From positions 1 through 64,000 of the forward strand of contig CALSNU010000005.1 of NCBI GenBank assembly GCA_943787795.1: a stretch of 64,000 nt of DNA, given 5' to 3'. Source of the stretch: an uncultured bacterium (lineage in GTDB: Bacteria > Planctomycetota > UBA1135 > GCA-002686595). Positions 31,201 through 39,888 of the stretch are shown piece by piece (position 1 is the first letter of the stretch; every line of letters begins with the position of its first letter). A program made the translations under genes and the position numbers. The notes beneath the pieces are model-generated. The model was given only the letters and a program-made list of their open reading frames with translations. It made no database searches and was not told the origin of the DNA.

Positions 31201-32142
31201 GGCGACGTGCGGGTCGGGATCGACCTCGGTCCCGAGCTCACCCAGATCCGCAAGAAGCTCACGGGGGAGGCGCTCTTCGACGCCATCCTGAACCCGAGCG
31301 CGTCCATCGCGTTCGGCTACGACACCTATCTGCTGGAGACCGAGGACGGGCTCCTGCACTCGGGCTTCCTGCTGGCCGACGGCGCCACCGTGGCGCTGCT
31401 CGAGACGGACGGCGAGCGCGTCACCTTCGGCCGCGATGAGATCAAGCAGCGGACCAAGCAGAAGGTCTCGACCATGCCCCAGGGCCTGGCGACAGACCTC
31501 TCGCCCCAGGAGCTCGCGGACCTCGTGGCGTTCCTCGGGGAGGACCATGAGGCCGCGCCGGAGCCAGGTGACCCGATCGTCCTCTTCGATGGGGGAGGGC
31601 TCGATGCCTGGACGTATCACCTGTCCGATCCGTCGATGGCGTTCGACGACGTGTGGTCCGTGCGCGACGGCATCATCCGCTGCGAGGGGCGGCCGTCGGG
31701 GTACCTGAAGACGCGCGAGAGCTTCGAGAGCTACCTCCTCACCCTTGAGTGGCGCTTCGACCCGTCGAGCGGTCCGGGCAACTCGGGCGTGCTCCTGCGT
31801 ATGACCGGCGAGGACAAGGTCTGGCCGCGCTCCATCGAGGCGCAGCTCCAGCACCGGAACGCCGGGGACTTCTGGAACATCGACGCCTTCGGGATGCGCA
31901 CGGACCCCGGGCGCCTTCGGGGCCGGAACACGAAGCGACGGGCGCCCTCGTCGGAGCATCCGGTCGGTGAATGGAACCGCTACGAGATCCTGGTCGATGG
32001 TCCCAGGGTCGAGCTGCGGGTGAACGGTGTGCTGCAGAACACGGCGGACTGGTGCGAGGAGGTCTCCGGCCCCATCTGCCTCCAGTCCGAGGGGGCGGTG
32101 ATCGAGTTTCGAGACATCCAGCTGCGCCGGATCGAGAGGTGA
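28207..32142 (+). CDS. PVC-type membrane-bound dehydrogenase/heme-binding CxxCH protein with NPCBM and DUF1080-like domains
   Basis: Beta-propeller motifs (NPTAMDVDARGRVWV, HNFRNNYE), HEAT-like region, GIGTHAHS (NPCBM), CVTCH, STMP, and C-terminal GNSGVLLR..LQSEG. Confidence 0.88.
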   Translation: MLPFPRRAASLLPAGLLLAAPLLAQDASPGDSLLGSFEVPEGLDATLWAESPSLFNPTAMDVDARGRVWVTEAVNYRQWGGRNPGKHFDGGDRVVILEDTDGDGVCDASKVFVQDPDLTAPLGIAVVGDRIYVSCSPNLYVYEDTDGDDIADRREVVLTGFGGFDHDHGLHSVTPHVDGKLYVAVGNAGPHMVTGPDGWSLRSGSLYSGGGPRSVENRPGLVSDDGQVWTGGLVLRMNHDGSDIEVMGHNFRNNYEVAVNAMGELFTADNDDDGNRSCRTTWIMPGGDYGFFSSDGSRSWQADRRPGLTTQEAHWHQGDPGVLPAGTINGGGGPTGVAVYEGELMARWIDGAVLNCDAGARVVYAHQPRAVGAGIELDPGFLIRPRADETGQTGQWFRPSDVAVGPAGEVYVADWYDPGVGGHAARDREAYGRILRIAPAGAEVKTPAVDVSGFPGALAALKSPAPAVRELARAALMMMGDEVVPALVMAAVSRGGDERFAARCAQVLTSMELEDDLLRLPPPPAGGSKNPSIEIPPASVFMVEAALQQDAPSTAASLVGHGLIAEMEPAMLRRVLQSLRGEALEGPVLELCLEAAARVDGTDPWLLEALVQVLEQDPDLAYAELSASFADTPLAWDARFEALAWRLHPEGAVVALAARAMSPQLDAGARRRALDALAFAPGRAAADAVAVAAVAGPEDLRGYAGWWVEHRSGNDWRDYGLNISTGTLADAERAWTSEVMGEGTADFDVELDRVSMAWLVVTNGGDGNSCDWAAWIDPRVVMADGREVSLSSGWVEARAEWGSVNSNRDPQGGPLEVGDATYERGIGTHAHSEVAFAIPAGAVRLVGSCGPERGGTDQNIGSSTSVSFEVWLERADEPAAVLEWLAEFMSEDASAEGRAAALQRLASNEQGALLLIQAKRDGELDLAAVPEVAALLHGSDQLAIRALASEHFERPGMEGAAIPSMAALMALEGDAARGREVFLDEERARCVTCHAFQLGDVRVGIDLGPELTQIRKKLTGEALFDAILNPSASIAFGYDTYLLETEDGLLHSGFLLADGATVALLETDGERVTFGRDEIKQRTKQKVSTMPQGLATDLSPQELADLVAFLGEDHEAAPEPGDPIVLFDGGGLDAWTYHLSDPSMAFDDVWSVRDGIIRCEGRPSGYLKTRESFESYLLTLEWRFDPSSGPGNSGVLLRMTGEDKVWPRSIEAQLQHRNAGDFWNIDAFGMRTDPGRLRGRNTKRRAPSSEHPVGEWNRYEILVDGPRVELRVNGVLQNTADWCEEVSGPICLQSEGAVIEFRDIQLRRIER

Positions 32143-32206
32143 TGCGGGGCTAGAGGGCTCTTCCAGATGTCTGTTCTAGAGGTCCGAGGTGCGGCTTTTT
32201 GGCTCT

Positions 32207-32253
32207 ATTTGCGAATGAGTCTCAAATGCGCTTGCTCTGAGAACGGATCTCAG
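32207..32253 (+). promoter_or_regulatory. Two tandem Fur-like operator boxes
   Basis: ATTTGCGAATGAGTCTCAAAT (32207-32227) and CTGAGAACGGATCTCAG (32237-32253). Both are TG(A/C)GA-N5-TCTCA inverted repeats in an AT-rich patch. Confidence 0.6.
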
Positions 32254-32326
32254 TTGTGGTCTCTCGCATCGCCAAGCGTCACTCCCCGACGCGCGCCTGC
32301 CGGCCTCCTTCACAGGACCGTTGACC

Positions 32327-33610
32327 ATGTTCTCGCTCGCTCTCCTGACCGCCCTCGCCCCCGCCCCTCAGGCGGGTCAACAGCCTGCCGCTGACGACAT
32401 CGAGGCCCGCCTCCGCGCCCTGGAAGCGGACCGTGACCGGATCTCCGCCGAGCTCGAGGCGGCCATGGACGCTCTCGCGGACGCTGAGGTCGACGTGGCT
32501 CCCGCCTCCGAGGTGGACGAGCAGAAGAAGGCCGCCTGGGAGGCGTTGGCCAGCCGTAACCTCGCGCCGCGGGCCTCGGCGGTCTACTCCGCCGACGGCC
32601 TCTCCTTCGGCGGCTACGGCGAGTTCCTCGGCGAGGCGACCCGGAATCAGAGCGGGGACGACTTCGACGCCCTGCGCTGGGTCATGTACTTCGGCAGCCG
32701 CTTCTCGGACGACTGGATCTTCAACTCGGAGATCGAGATCGAGCACGGCACCACCGGCGCCACCTCGGCGACCACGGACTCCGCGGGCAGCGTGTCCGTG
32801 GAGTTTGCCTACCTGGACCACCTGCTGACGGACACCACCGCGCTCCGCGGCGGCGTCGTCCTCGTGCCGCTTGGCTTCATCAACGAGCGCCACGAGCCGA
32901 CCACCTTCCTGGCCTCCGCCCGGCCCGAGACCGAGAAGCGCATCATCCCCTCGACGTGGCGCTCGACCGGGATCGGCGGCTACGGCCAGCTCGGCGACTT
33001 CGCGTGGACCGGCTACGCCATCAACGGCCTGAACGGTGAGGAGTTCAACGCCGACGGCGTCCGCGGCGGCCGCCAGAAGGCGAACCGCGCCTCCATCGAC
33101 ACGGTCGCGCTCACGGGCCGCCTCGACTACATCGCGATCCCCGGCGTCACCCTCGGCGCGTCGATCTTCCACGGCAACTCGGGGGTCAACACACCCGAGG
33201 ATCTGGGGACGACGATCTGGGATCTCCACGGCGAGTGGAACGAGGGGCCGTGGACGGTCCGCGGGCTCTACGCGTCCTCGGACATCGACGACACCGCCGC
33301 GTTCAACGCCCGGACCGGGGAGAACCTCGCGGAGCAGATGCGGGGCTGGTACCTCGAGGCGGGCTATGACCTGTTCTCGTTCATCGACTCGCCCGCGGGG
33401 CAGAGCCTCGATGCGTTCGTGCGCTACGAGGACCTCGACACCCAGGCCAAGATGGCCACCGGCTTCTCACCCTCCGGCGGGAAGGTCGACACCTACACGA
33501 CCATGGGTCTCAACTACCGCCCCCTCGACCAGGTGGTCCTCAAGACGGACTACACGGTGCTCGACGAGGGCGATGACGTGTACCGCTTCCTGATTGGCTA
33601 CGCCTTCTGA
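32327..33610 (+). CDS. Outer-membrane porin-like beta-barrel with N-terminal coiled coil
   Basis: Signal peptide, coiled coil, GGYGE, NSEIEIEH, VEFAYLD, HEPTTF, and C-terminal GYAF. Confidence 0.8.
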   Translation: MFSLALLTALAPAPQAGQQPAADDIEARLRALEADRDRISAELEAAMDALADAEVDVAPASEVDEQKKAAWEALASRNLAPRASAVYSADGLSFGGYGEFLGEATRNQSGDDFDALRWVMYFGSRFSDDWIFNSEIEIEHGTTGATSATTDSAGSVSVEFAYLDHLLTDTTALRGGVVLVPLGFINERHEPTTFLASARPETEKRIIPSTWRSTGIGGYGQLGDFAWTGYAINGLNGEEFNADGVRGGRQKANRASIDTVALTGRLDYIAIPGVTLGASIFHGNSGVNTPEDLGTTIWDLHGEWNEGPWTVRGLYASSDIDDTAAFNARTGENLAEQMRGWYLEAGYDLFSFIDSPAGQSLDAFVRYEDLDTQAKMATGFSPSGGKVDTYTTMGLNYRPLDQVVLKTDYTVLDEGDDVYRFLIGYAF

Positions 33611-33617
33611 TCCCGCC

Positions 33618-34217
33618 ATGCTGCGCCTCCGAACCCTGCTGCCCCTCGCCCTCACGGCCATCGTCCTCTCCTTCGACTCCGCCTGGAGCCGGGGGGGGAG
33701 CGAGGTCATAGACCAGGCCCTCGAGCGGGCGTTCCCGGGCTGCACCATCGAGCGCGTGGTCTGCCGCCTCGGGGACCCCGAGCGGGCGAAGGTCAACAAG
33801 CTCGCCGACCAGAAGAAGTTCCGCAAGAAGACCACCTTCGCGTACGTCGCGCGCCGCAAGGGCGAGGTCGTTGGCACCGCCTTCTTCGACTCCCACGTCG
33901 TGCGTTCGAAGCGCGAGACGCTGATGGTGGCGGTGAACCCGGACGGCGACCTGCGCTGTGTGGACACCGTGGCCTTCGCCGAGCCTCCGGAGTACCTGGC
34001 CCAGGACGCCTTCTACGACTCGCTCAAGGGGCGCGAGCAGGGCCGGCCTCTGACGCTCGGCCGCGGCCTGGACGGCACGACCGGAGCGACCCTGACCTGC
34101 CGCGCGGTGGCCAATGCGTCCCGGCGGGCGCTCGCCCTGCACGAGGTGCTCGGGGCGAAGGTCGGCCGTGTGAAGAAGGTCCAGCGGGGAAGCGCCGCGA
34201 CGCTCGCGGTCCCTTGA
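33618..34217 (+). CDS. Exported FMN-binding protein
   Basis: Signal/TM segment, FAEPPEY, and flavinylation-type motif DGTTGATLT. Confidence 0.8.
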   Translation: MLRLRTLLPLALTAIVLSFDSAWSRGGSEVIDQALERAFPGCTIERVVCRLGDPERAKVNKLADQKKFRKKTTFAYVARRKGEVVGTAFFDSHVVRSKRETLMVAVNPDGDLRCVDTVAFAEPPEYLAQDAFYDSLKGREQGRPLTLGRGLDGTTGATLTCRAVANASRRALALHEVLGAKVGRVKKVQRGSAATLAVP

Positions 34218-34247
34218 CTCCCTGAGCCTGGCGAATACGGTGCTCAC

Positions 34248-34757
34248 GTGAGCCGCCTCTCCGCACGCCTCCTCCACATCGCGTCGTTCCTTGTCATCGG
34301 GAGCGGCGCGATCTGGGCGTACCTGCGCTACGTACACGACCTCGGCCCCGAACCCGAGGATCCGGTGCTGGCGATGGAGTGGAGCGGGATCCACCCGTGG
34401 GAGCCGGCGCTTCGCAACTTGCACCTCGTCGCCGCGCCGCTCCTCGTCTTCGCCGTCGGACTCATCTGGAGCGGTCACGTCGCGCCGAGGCTCCTCCGGC
34501 CCTGGGCCCGCCGGGCGACGGGGCTCGGGCTGGCGCTCCTCTTCGGGCCGATGGTGCTCACCGGGGTCCTGCTGCAGGTCGCCGAATCCGAGGCGAGCCG
34601 CACGCTCTGGGCGTGGGCCCACGGGCTCTCCTCGCTGGTCTGGGCAGGGGCCTACCTGGCCCACCAGCTGCGTCCCAAGGGGCGCCGGGTCGCGGTGGAA
34701 CAAGATCCGGCTTCCCGTGAATCGTCCGCGGCCTCGGGCGTATCGTCGTCCAAATGA
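34248..34757 (+). CDS. 4-TM membrane protein with TM histidines (cytochrome b-like)
   Basis: Four hydrophobic helices, with His in LLHIA, NLHLV, SGHV, WAHGL and LAHQ. Confidence 0.65.
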   Translation: MSRLSARLLHIASFLVIGSGAIWAYLRYVHDLGPEPEDPVLAMEWSGIHPWEPALRNLHLVAAPLLVFAVGLIWSGHVAPRLLRPWARRATGLGLALLFGPMVLTGVLLQVAESEASRTLWAWAHGLSSLVWAGAYLAHQLRPKGRRVAVEQDPASRESSAASGVSSSK

Positions 34758-35371
34758 CGTCCACGAAGTGCAGCGAGTGCGGCGCCGCGGCGCGGACCGA
34801 GGAGGATCGGTTCTGCGCCTACTGCGGGGCGCGCTTCCCCGAGCCAGCGGCCCCTCCGGTGGTGAGCGCGGCGGACGAGCGCCAGGCGCGCCTGGAGGTC
34901 CTCCTCGGGCGGCGGGAGGTTCAGGCGGAGCTTGGGCGGCAGGTCTCCACCGCGCCGCTCGCCACCCGGCAAGGCCTCGGGCTGATCCCGATCGGCTTCG
35001 CGGTGGTCGTGGCAGGGTTCATCGCGTCGACCGCGTCCGGGATCGGCGCCCCGGGGCTCTTCTCCCTCGTGCCCGCCGTGATGGTCATCGTGCTCGTGGT
35101 GAAGGCCCTCGGGAGAGGGGCGAAGACGGTCGAGCTCGCGTCGTCGCCCTCGAAGGCGCAGGTCGCGGAGATTCGTGACGTCCAGACCGAGACCACGGGG
35201 CACGGGGAGCACCTGAGCTCGGTCCGCCGGGTCATCATCGAACACGAGGGCGGCTCCCGGACCAACCTCGAGGTCCCGGACGCGCTCGCGCGCCGCCTCG
35301 CGCCGGGCGACACCGGGGTCGCGCACCATGCTGGCGGGCACCTCCTCGCCTTCAAGCGCTTCGAGGTCTGA
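34754..35371 (+). CDS. Zinc-ribbon membrane protein with DUF2500-like C-terminus
   Basis: CSECG..FCAYCG, two TMs, and C-terminal LAPGDTG..FKRF. ATGA overlap with the previous gene. Confidence 0.7.
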   Translation: MTSTKCSECGAAARTEEDRFCAYCGARFPEPAAPPVVSAADERQARLEVLLGRREVQAELGRQVSTAPLATRQGLGLIPIGFAVVVAGFIASTASGIGAPGLFSLVPAVMVIVLVVKALGRGAKTVELASSPSKAQVAEIRDVQTETTGHGEHLSSVRRVIIEHEGGSRTNLEVPDALARRLAPGDTGVAHHAGGHLLAFKRFEV

Positions 35372-35403
35372 GCGCGGCGAGGTGGGTGTCGCGAGGGCGA
35401 GGC

Positions 35404-37119
35404 TCAGCGCCGGACCAAGAACTGGACCTGCAGCCCCTCGGGCCCGTCCACCACGGTGATGAGGTCAAGGCGACCGTCGCCATCAAGGTCGCGGGCGCGC
35501 ACGCCCCGGTCGTCCTTGCCGGGCCAGGTGGGGAACGTGGCGACCGGCGTCTTCCCTGCGGTCGCGTCGCGCAGCCCCTTTCCAGGTGCGACCGCAAATC
35601 GATCGAGCTCCCCGAGGTCGATGACGCTCTCCTCGCCGTCGCCGAGGCGATCGAGGTCGTTGAGCACGACCTTCTCGATGATGCCGTCCACGCCGTCCTC
35701 CACGGAGAGGTCCTCGAAGCGCTGCTGGGCGGGGGCGCAGTTGGCGAAGATCATCAGCTGATCGTCCACCACGTCGACGATGTCGTTCGCCTCGCCGTCG
35801 CCGTCCCAGTCGAGCCTGCGGGCGGGGATGTCCCACTGGGCCTCGAGCTGCTCGGAGACCTCCTCGAACTCGTTCATGAGCTTGAAGATGCGCGGGATCC
35901 GCAGGGCCAGGGTCGTCCGGCGGGTGGGGCGTCGGTCGAAGGTGCCCCCCTTGTTCTCGTAGGTGAAGACGTCGAAGTCCAGCTTGCCGGGCACCACGAG
36001 GAACTTCACCAGCTGCGCCAGTGAGATGCGCTCGCCGCGCACGATCTGGAGGTCGGGCGCGTCGTCCCCGAGCACGTCGCGCACGAAGAAGTAGAGCACG
36101 TTCCCCGAGGCCTTGAGGACCTGGTCCGGGGCGCCGGAGGGGCCCGCGAGGGTCGCGCCGCGGTAGACCTTGAAGGTGCCCTCGGAGCTCACGATGAGGT
36201 CCCTGGGCCCCTCGCCGTCGAGGTCGACCGCGCGCCACTGGGCGAGCCCGCTGACCGCGCCCAGGAGGTTGTCGAGGTCGAGGTCGCTGGCTGACGGCGC
36301 GCTCCGCAGCTCGGAGAGGTCCAGGCTCCAGGTCGGCCGCGCGTCGATCTCGGGCTTCGCGAGGTGGAAGGCCACCCGCTCCGAGGTCTCGGACACCAGG
36401 TCGAGCTGCCCGTCCCCGTCGATGTCGTCCATGCTGAACCAGGGGACGCGCACCCGCTGGGAGAACGTGGACGAGAGGCGGTCGGGGTCGCCCGTCCGGT
36501 AGTCGATCTCGGGCTCGTACTCGACCTCGATCGGGTCGGACCAGACGAGCCTCCCGGCGTCATCCAGGCCCCGGTTGAGGCGCATGTGAAAGCGGCCGGG
36601 ACCGGGGAGGACGAGGTCGAGCCGGCCGTCCTCGTCCAGGTCGCGGGTGAACGGGACGCGCACGGTGGCCGCGGGCAGGTACATGCCCGTCTCGAGCACG
36701 GCCTCGGGCTCGGACCACGCGCCTGCGGGAGTGAACGAGCGGCGGACCAGGGTCTTCCCGTCCGAGACCATCAGGACCTCGACACGTCCGTCGCCGTCCA
36801 GGTCGGCGAGGTCCCAGCCCGTGCTGCCGGCGGGCCACTCCAGGAGCGCCCCGGCGGCGGCGTACTTGCCCTCGGCGTCCAGGACCTGGGCGAGGATGCC
36901 GGCCGAGGTCAGGGAGAGCAGCTCGATCCGGCCGTCGCCCGTCAGGTCGCGGAGGGCGAGGAGCCCTCCCTTCTTCGCCACGGCGAGTCGGGTCTCCACG
37001 AAGTCCCTGTCCTGCCGGGGGGAGAGGGACGCGGGCCGGATGGGTGAGGCCGCGTGGGCGGCGCTGCCGGTCGCTGCGAGGAGCGCAGCGAGTCCGTGGG
37101 TGAGGCTCTTGAGCGTCAT
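35404..37119 (-). CDS. Secreted FG-GAP/VCBS repeat protein
   Basis: Signal peptide and many DLDGDGxxD motifs. Confidence 0.85.
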   Translation of the reverse strand: MTLKSLTHGLAALLAATGSAAHAASPIRPASLSPRQDRDFVETRLAVAKKGGLLALRDLTGDGRIELLSLTSAGILAQVLDAEGKYAAAGALLEWPAGSTGWDLADLDGDGRVEVLMVSDGKTLVRRSFTPAGAWSEPEAVLETGMYLPAATVRVPFTRDLDEDGRLDLVLPGPGRFHMRLNRGLDDAGRLVWSDPIEVEYEPEIDYRTGDPDRLSSTFSQRVRVPWFSMDDIDGDGQLDLVSETSERVAFHLAKPEIDARPTWSLDLSELRSAPSASDLDLDNLLGAVSGLAQWRAVDLDGEGPRDLIVSSEGTFKVYRGATLAGPSGAPDQVLKASGNVLYFFVRDVLGDDAPDLQIVRGERISLAQLVKFLVVPGKLDFDVFTYENKGGTFDRRPTRRTTLALRIPRIFKLMNEFEEVSEQLEAQWDIPARRLDWDGDGEANDIVDVVDDQLMIFANCAPAQQRFEDLSVEDGVDGIIEKVVLNDLDRLGDGEESVIDLGELDRFAVAPGKGLRDATAGKTPVATFPTWPGKDDRGVRARDLDGDGRLDLITVVDGPEGLQVQFLVRR

Positions 37120-38690
37120 CGTTGCTGGGAGAGGTAGACGGTGAGGACGGAGTCCGCGGCGCTCACGATGTCACCGATGCCGTCGCCGTTCAGGTCCATC
37201 ACGGTGAGCGACTGGACGGACCCCCGCGCGGAGTACTGCTTCCAGTAGCCCTCGTCGATCTGCCAGCTGTCTCCGCCGAACAGCGACGAGGTCTTCCGCA
37301 GCCGTCGGACCCCAAGGCGGCCCTTGAGGTCGACCTCCACGAGGTCGGCGACCCCGTCCCCGCTGCAGTCCATGGAGAGGTCGCGGTTCGCGATGATCTC
37401 GCGGATCGAGTTCTCGTCGAACGTGCGCTCGCTCTTGAGGGCGGGGCGGCGGTCGAAGAGCCCCTTCTTGGTCCCCAGGTAGAGCAGGTACGAGTAGCGG
37501 AACTCGAGGCCGGTGACCGTCTCGATCATGCTCGGCATCTCGAAGCGCCGCAGGGCGAGGTCGGGGCGTCCGTCGCCGTCCACGTCCGCGACGGTCGCCC
37601 GCAGCTCCGCGCCCTCGAACCGCAGCACCTGGGAGGGCTTCGCCGGGATCAACGCTTCGGGGGTCGAGCGCATCACGTAGATGCGCCACTGGCCGTTCTC
37701 GAGCTCACCGCTCTCTGCCTGCCAGAGCCCGACCAGGTCGAGGCGTCCATCCCCGTCCACGTCGACGAGGCGGAGGGCTGCGTCCTGGTCTCCCGACCGC
37801 AGGTAGTCCGGGATGGGCTCCACCCGCGTGGGGCGGGCAGGGATGCCGGTGGGGCCGCTCAGGTGGACCCGGAGCTCGTCGTCCCCGACGAGCAGGAGGT
37901 CGTCGCGCCCGTCCCCGTTCAGGTCCACGATCGCGGGGGCCTGGAGGCTGGTGGTGTCGTTCACCAGGGCGTCCCCGAGGCCTTCGCCCAGGAACGGCTG
38001 GAAGCGATCGCCCACGGTCACCTCGAAGCGCGTCTCACGCTCCCTGTTCCGCGCGCGAGCCTCGTCGGCGCGCTGGTTGTTGTCCTCGGGGTCGGTGGCG
38101 GCCGTGATCCGCTGAGCGGTGAAGTCCGCGGCGGAGGCGTAGGGGAGGTCCCCCTCCGATGACCTCGTCGCCGCAGGGGCGATGACCTCGAAGCCGTCCC
38201 GGCGCGGGAGCAACAGGTGGTCGAGCTGCCCCTCGCCGCTCTGGATCACGTAGTCCCAGTAGGGCAGCTGCCGCGTGGTCGGGAAGTCGAACATGAGCTG
38301 GACCCTGGCGAGGCGCTCGATGTTGCCCTTGTAGCTGGTCCGCCGCGGGTCAAACGACCAGGCGCCCTGGCGGGTCAGGAGCACGAGCTCGCGGCCGTCG
38401 AGGTCCGCCCGGACGTCAGCGAAGGTCCAGGCGACGATGTCCTTGAGGACGGGGATCTTGCGGAACGGCTCCGGCTCGATTGCCCGCGCGCTGCAGCGGA
38501 AGAGCTGCAGCTCCCTGGATCCCGAGGGCGTCCGCAGGGACAGGACGAGCTCCGTCTGGCCGTCCTGTTCGAGGTCGACGAAGCGCCAGTCGAGGATCGA
38601 GCCCTCCACACGGACGGAGGCGTCGATGAACGACGCATCTCCGCCGCCGGCGAGCGCGGCGACCCCGAGGAGCGTGGGGAGGAGGCTCAT
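37116..38690 (-). CDS. Secreted FG-GAP/VCBS repeat protein
   Basis: DLNGDGRDD, DVDGDGRLD and DVDGDGRPD motifs. ATGA overlaps at both ends. Confidence 0.85.
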   Translation of the reverse strand: MSLLPTLLGVAALAGGGDASFIDASVRVEGSILDWRFVDLEQDGQTELVLSLRTPSGSRELQLFRCSARAIEPEPFRKIPVLKDIVAWTFADVRADLDGRELVLLTRQGAWSFDPRRTSYKGNIERLARVQLMFDFPTTRQLPYWDYVIQSGEGQLDHLLLPRRDGFEVIAPAATRSSEGDLPYASAADFTAQRITAATDPEDNNQRADEARARNRERETRFEVTVGDRFQPFLGEGLGDALVNDTTSLQAPAIVDLNGDGRDDLLLVGDDELRVHLSGPTGIPARPTRVEPIPDYLRSGDQDAALRLVDVDGDGRLDLVGLWQAESGELENGQWRIYVMRSTPEALIPAKPSQVLRFEGAELRATVADVDGDGRPDLALRRFEMPSMIETVTGLEFRYSYLLYLGTKKGLFDRRPALKSERTFDENSIREIIANRDLSMDCSGDGVADLVEVDLKGRLGVRRLRKTSSLFGGDSWQIDEGYWKQYSARGSVQSLTVMDLNGDGIGDIVSAADSVLTVYLSQQR

Positions 38691-39601
38691 CCGTCCAGCT
38701 CCCCGACGCCGGTGTTCCACTGGAAGAAGCGCAGCACGCTGGTCCGCTTCTCGCCGCCGTCTCGCGAGTAGCGCAGCAGGGAGATGAAGTAGAGGTCCAG
38801 GAGGACGAAGGACGTGCGCGACCGATCGGCCGTCGAGGTGTAGGTCGTGAGGATGGGCACGGAGGCGCGCGTGACCCGGCGACCCTCCCCGAGCAGGGAC
38901 ACCGAACGGGACCCGTTCGTGCCGTCATCTCCCTCGGTGGTGAAGGTCACCTTGGTCCCGGGCTCCGTGGCGACCAGCCGACGAACCAGGCCGCGCCCGG
39001 AGACGATGGGCTCTCCGTCGAGGGCCACGACCCTCGTTCCGACCGGCAGCCCACGCAGCGGACCTTTGGGGTTGCTGGCGACGAGGACGGCCCCCTTCGA
39101 GGTGCCCCAGGCCCCGAGGGTGCGCGCGGTATCCATGACGAAGAGGGCCTCGGCAGGAGCCGCGGCGCTGGCGCCGGCCTCCACGGCGGCCTCGACCTTG
39201 AAGACGGTGTCGCCGCGCTGGACCCGCAGGGTCGCCGGCACCCCGGCCTCGAAGCCCTCGAGGAGAGCCGTGAGGTCCTCGGGGACCGCCAGCTCGGTAC
39301 CGTTGAAGTCCAGCAAGATGTCGTCGGTCTGAATCCCGGCGGCAGCTGCGGGGGAGCGCTCGGTGACGGTGTGCACTCGAACACCGGGGTCAAAGGACAG
39401 GCTCTCGAGGGAGCCGCTGTCATTCTCGCGCACCTCGACTCCCAGGAAGGCGGACGAGCCGGCCTCAGGGATCGCCCACTCGAGGGTCTCGGGGAGCGGG
39501 TCCGGAATGGTCCGCTCCGGCGCGTACTGACACGATGCAGCGGCGGCGAGGAGACAGAGAGCGAGTGCGGGGCGCAGGCGCGCAGGGGAGGGGAGAGCCA
39601 T
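38687..39601 (-). CDS. Tandem-PDZ lipoprotein
   Basis: Lipobox AASC, FLGVEV, SPAAAAGIQTDDILLDFNG, and a second degenerate PDZ domain. Confidence 0.8.
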   Translation of the reverse strand: MALPSPARLRPALALCLLAAAASCQYAPERTIPDPLPETLEWAIPEAGSSAFLGVEVRENDSGSLESLSFDPGVRVHTVTERSPAAAAGIQTDDILLDFNGTELAVPEDLTALLEGFEAGVPATLRVQRGDTVFKVEAAVEAGASAAAPAEALFVMDTARTLGAWGTSKGAVLVASNPKGPLRGLPVGTRVVALDGEPIVSGRGLVRRLVATEPGTKVTFTTEGDDGTNGSRSVSLLGEGRRVTRASVPILTTYTSTADRSRTSFVLLDLYFISLLRYSRDGGEKRTSVLRFFQWNTGVGELDG

Positions 39602-39780
39602 CAGCGACGATGGTGAAGATTGAAAGGTCGTGGTTCCAGCGCTGTGCCGCTTCTACCTCGTAGCTCCTCCGTTATCCGTGCCGCCTGGACGGCTGCGCGC
39701 TTCGCCAGCGGATCCCCGTGGGGCCTGGCCGCGTCGGGCTGGGCGTGGCCGAAGGCTCCGTCTTCAGGGTCGCGCCTTGA

Positions 39781-39863
39781 GAGTGCGGCCAGAGGGGGGC
39801 GCCCAGAGAGGGCGGCCCGGGGAGGGCGGCCCGGGGAGGGCGGCCCGGGGAGAGCGGCCCAGA
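39781..39863. repeat. 14-bp tandem repeat GAGGGCGGCCCGGG (3 perfect units + degenerate flanks)
   Basis: Perfect units start at 39808, 39822 and 39836. Confidence 0.85.
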
Positions 39864-39888
39864 ACGAAGACGGTCCAGCAAGGACGGT

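Noticed and set aside
28165..31959. Long antisense ORFs (1264 aa here; also 11418..13805, 51037..53673, 53712..56390)
   Set aside because: These are shadow ORFs of real genes in GC-rich DNA and show no recognisable motifs.
34215..34250. FMN-binding gene TGA is in frame with the next gene (possible Sec readthrough)
   Set aside because: The flanking residues look like a non-conserved tail, there is no GU-loop hairpin at about +21, both proteins look complete, and in-frame chance is 1 in 3.
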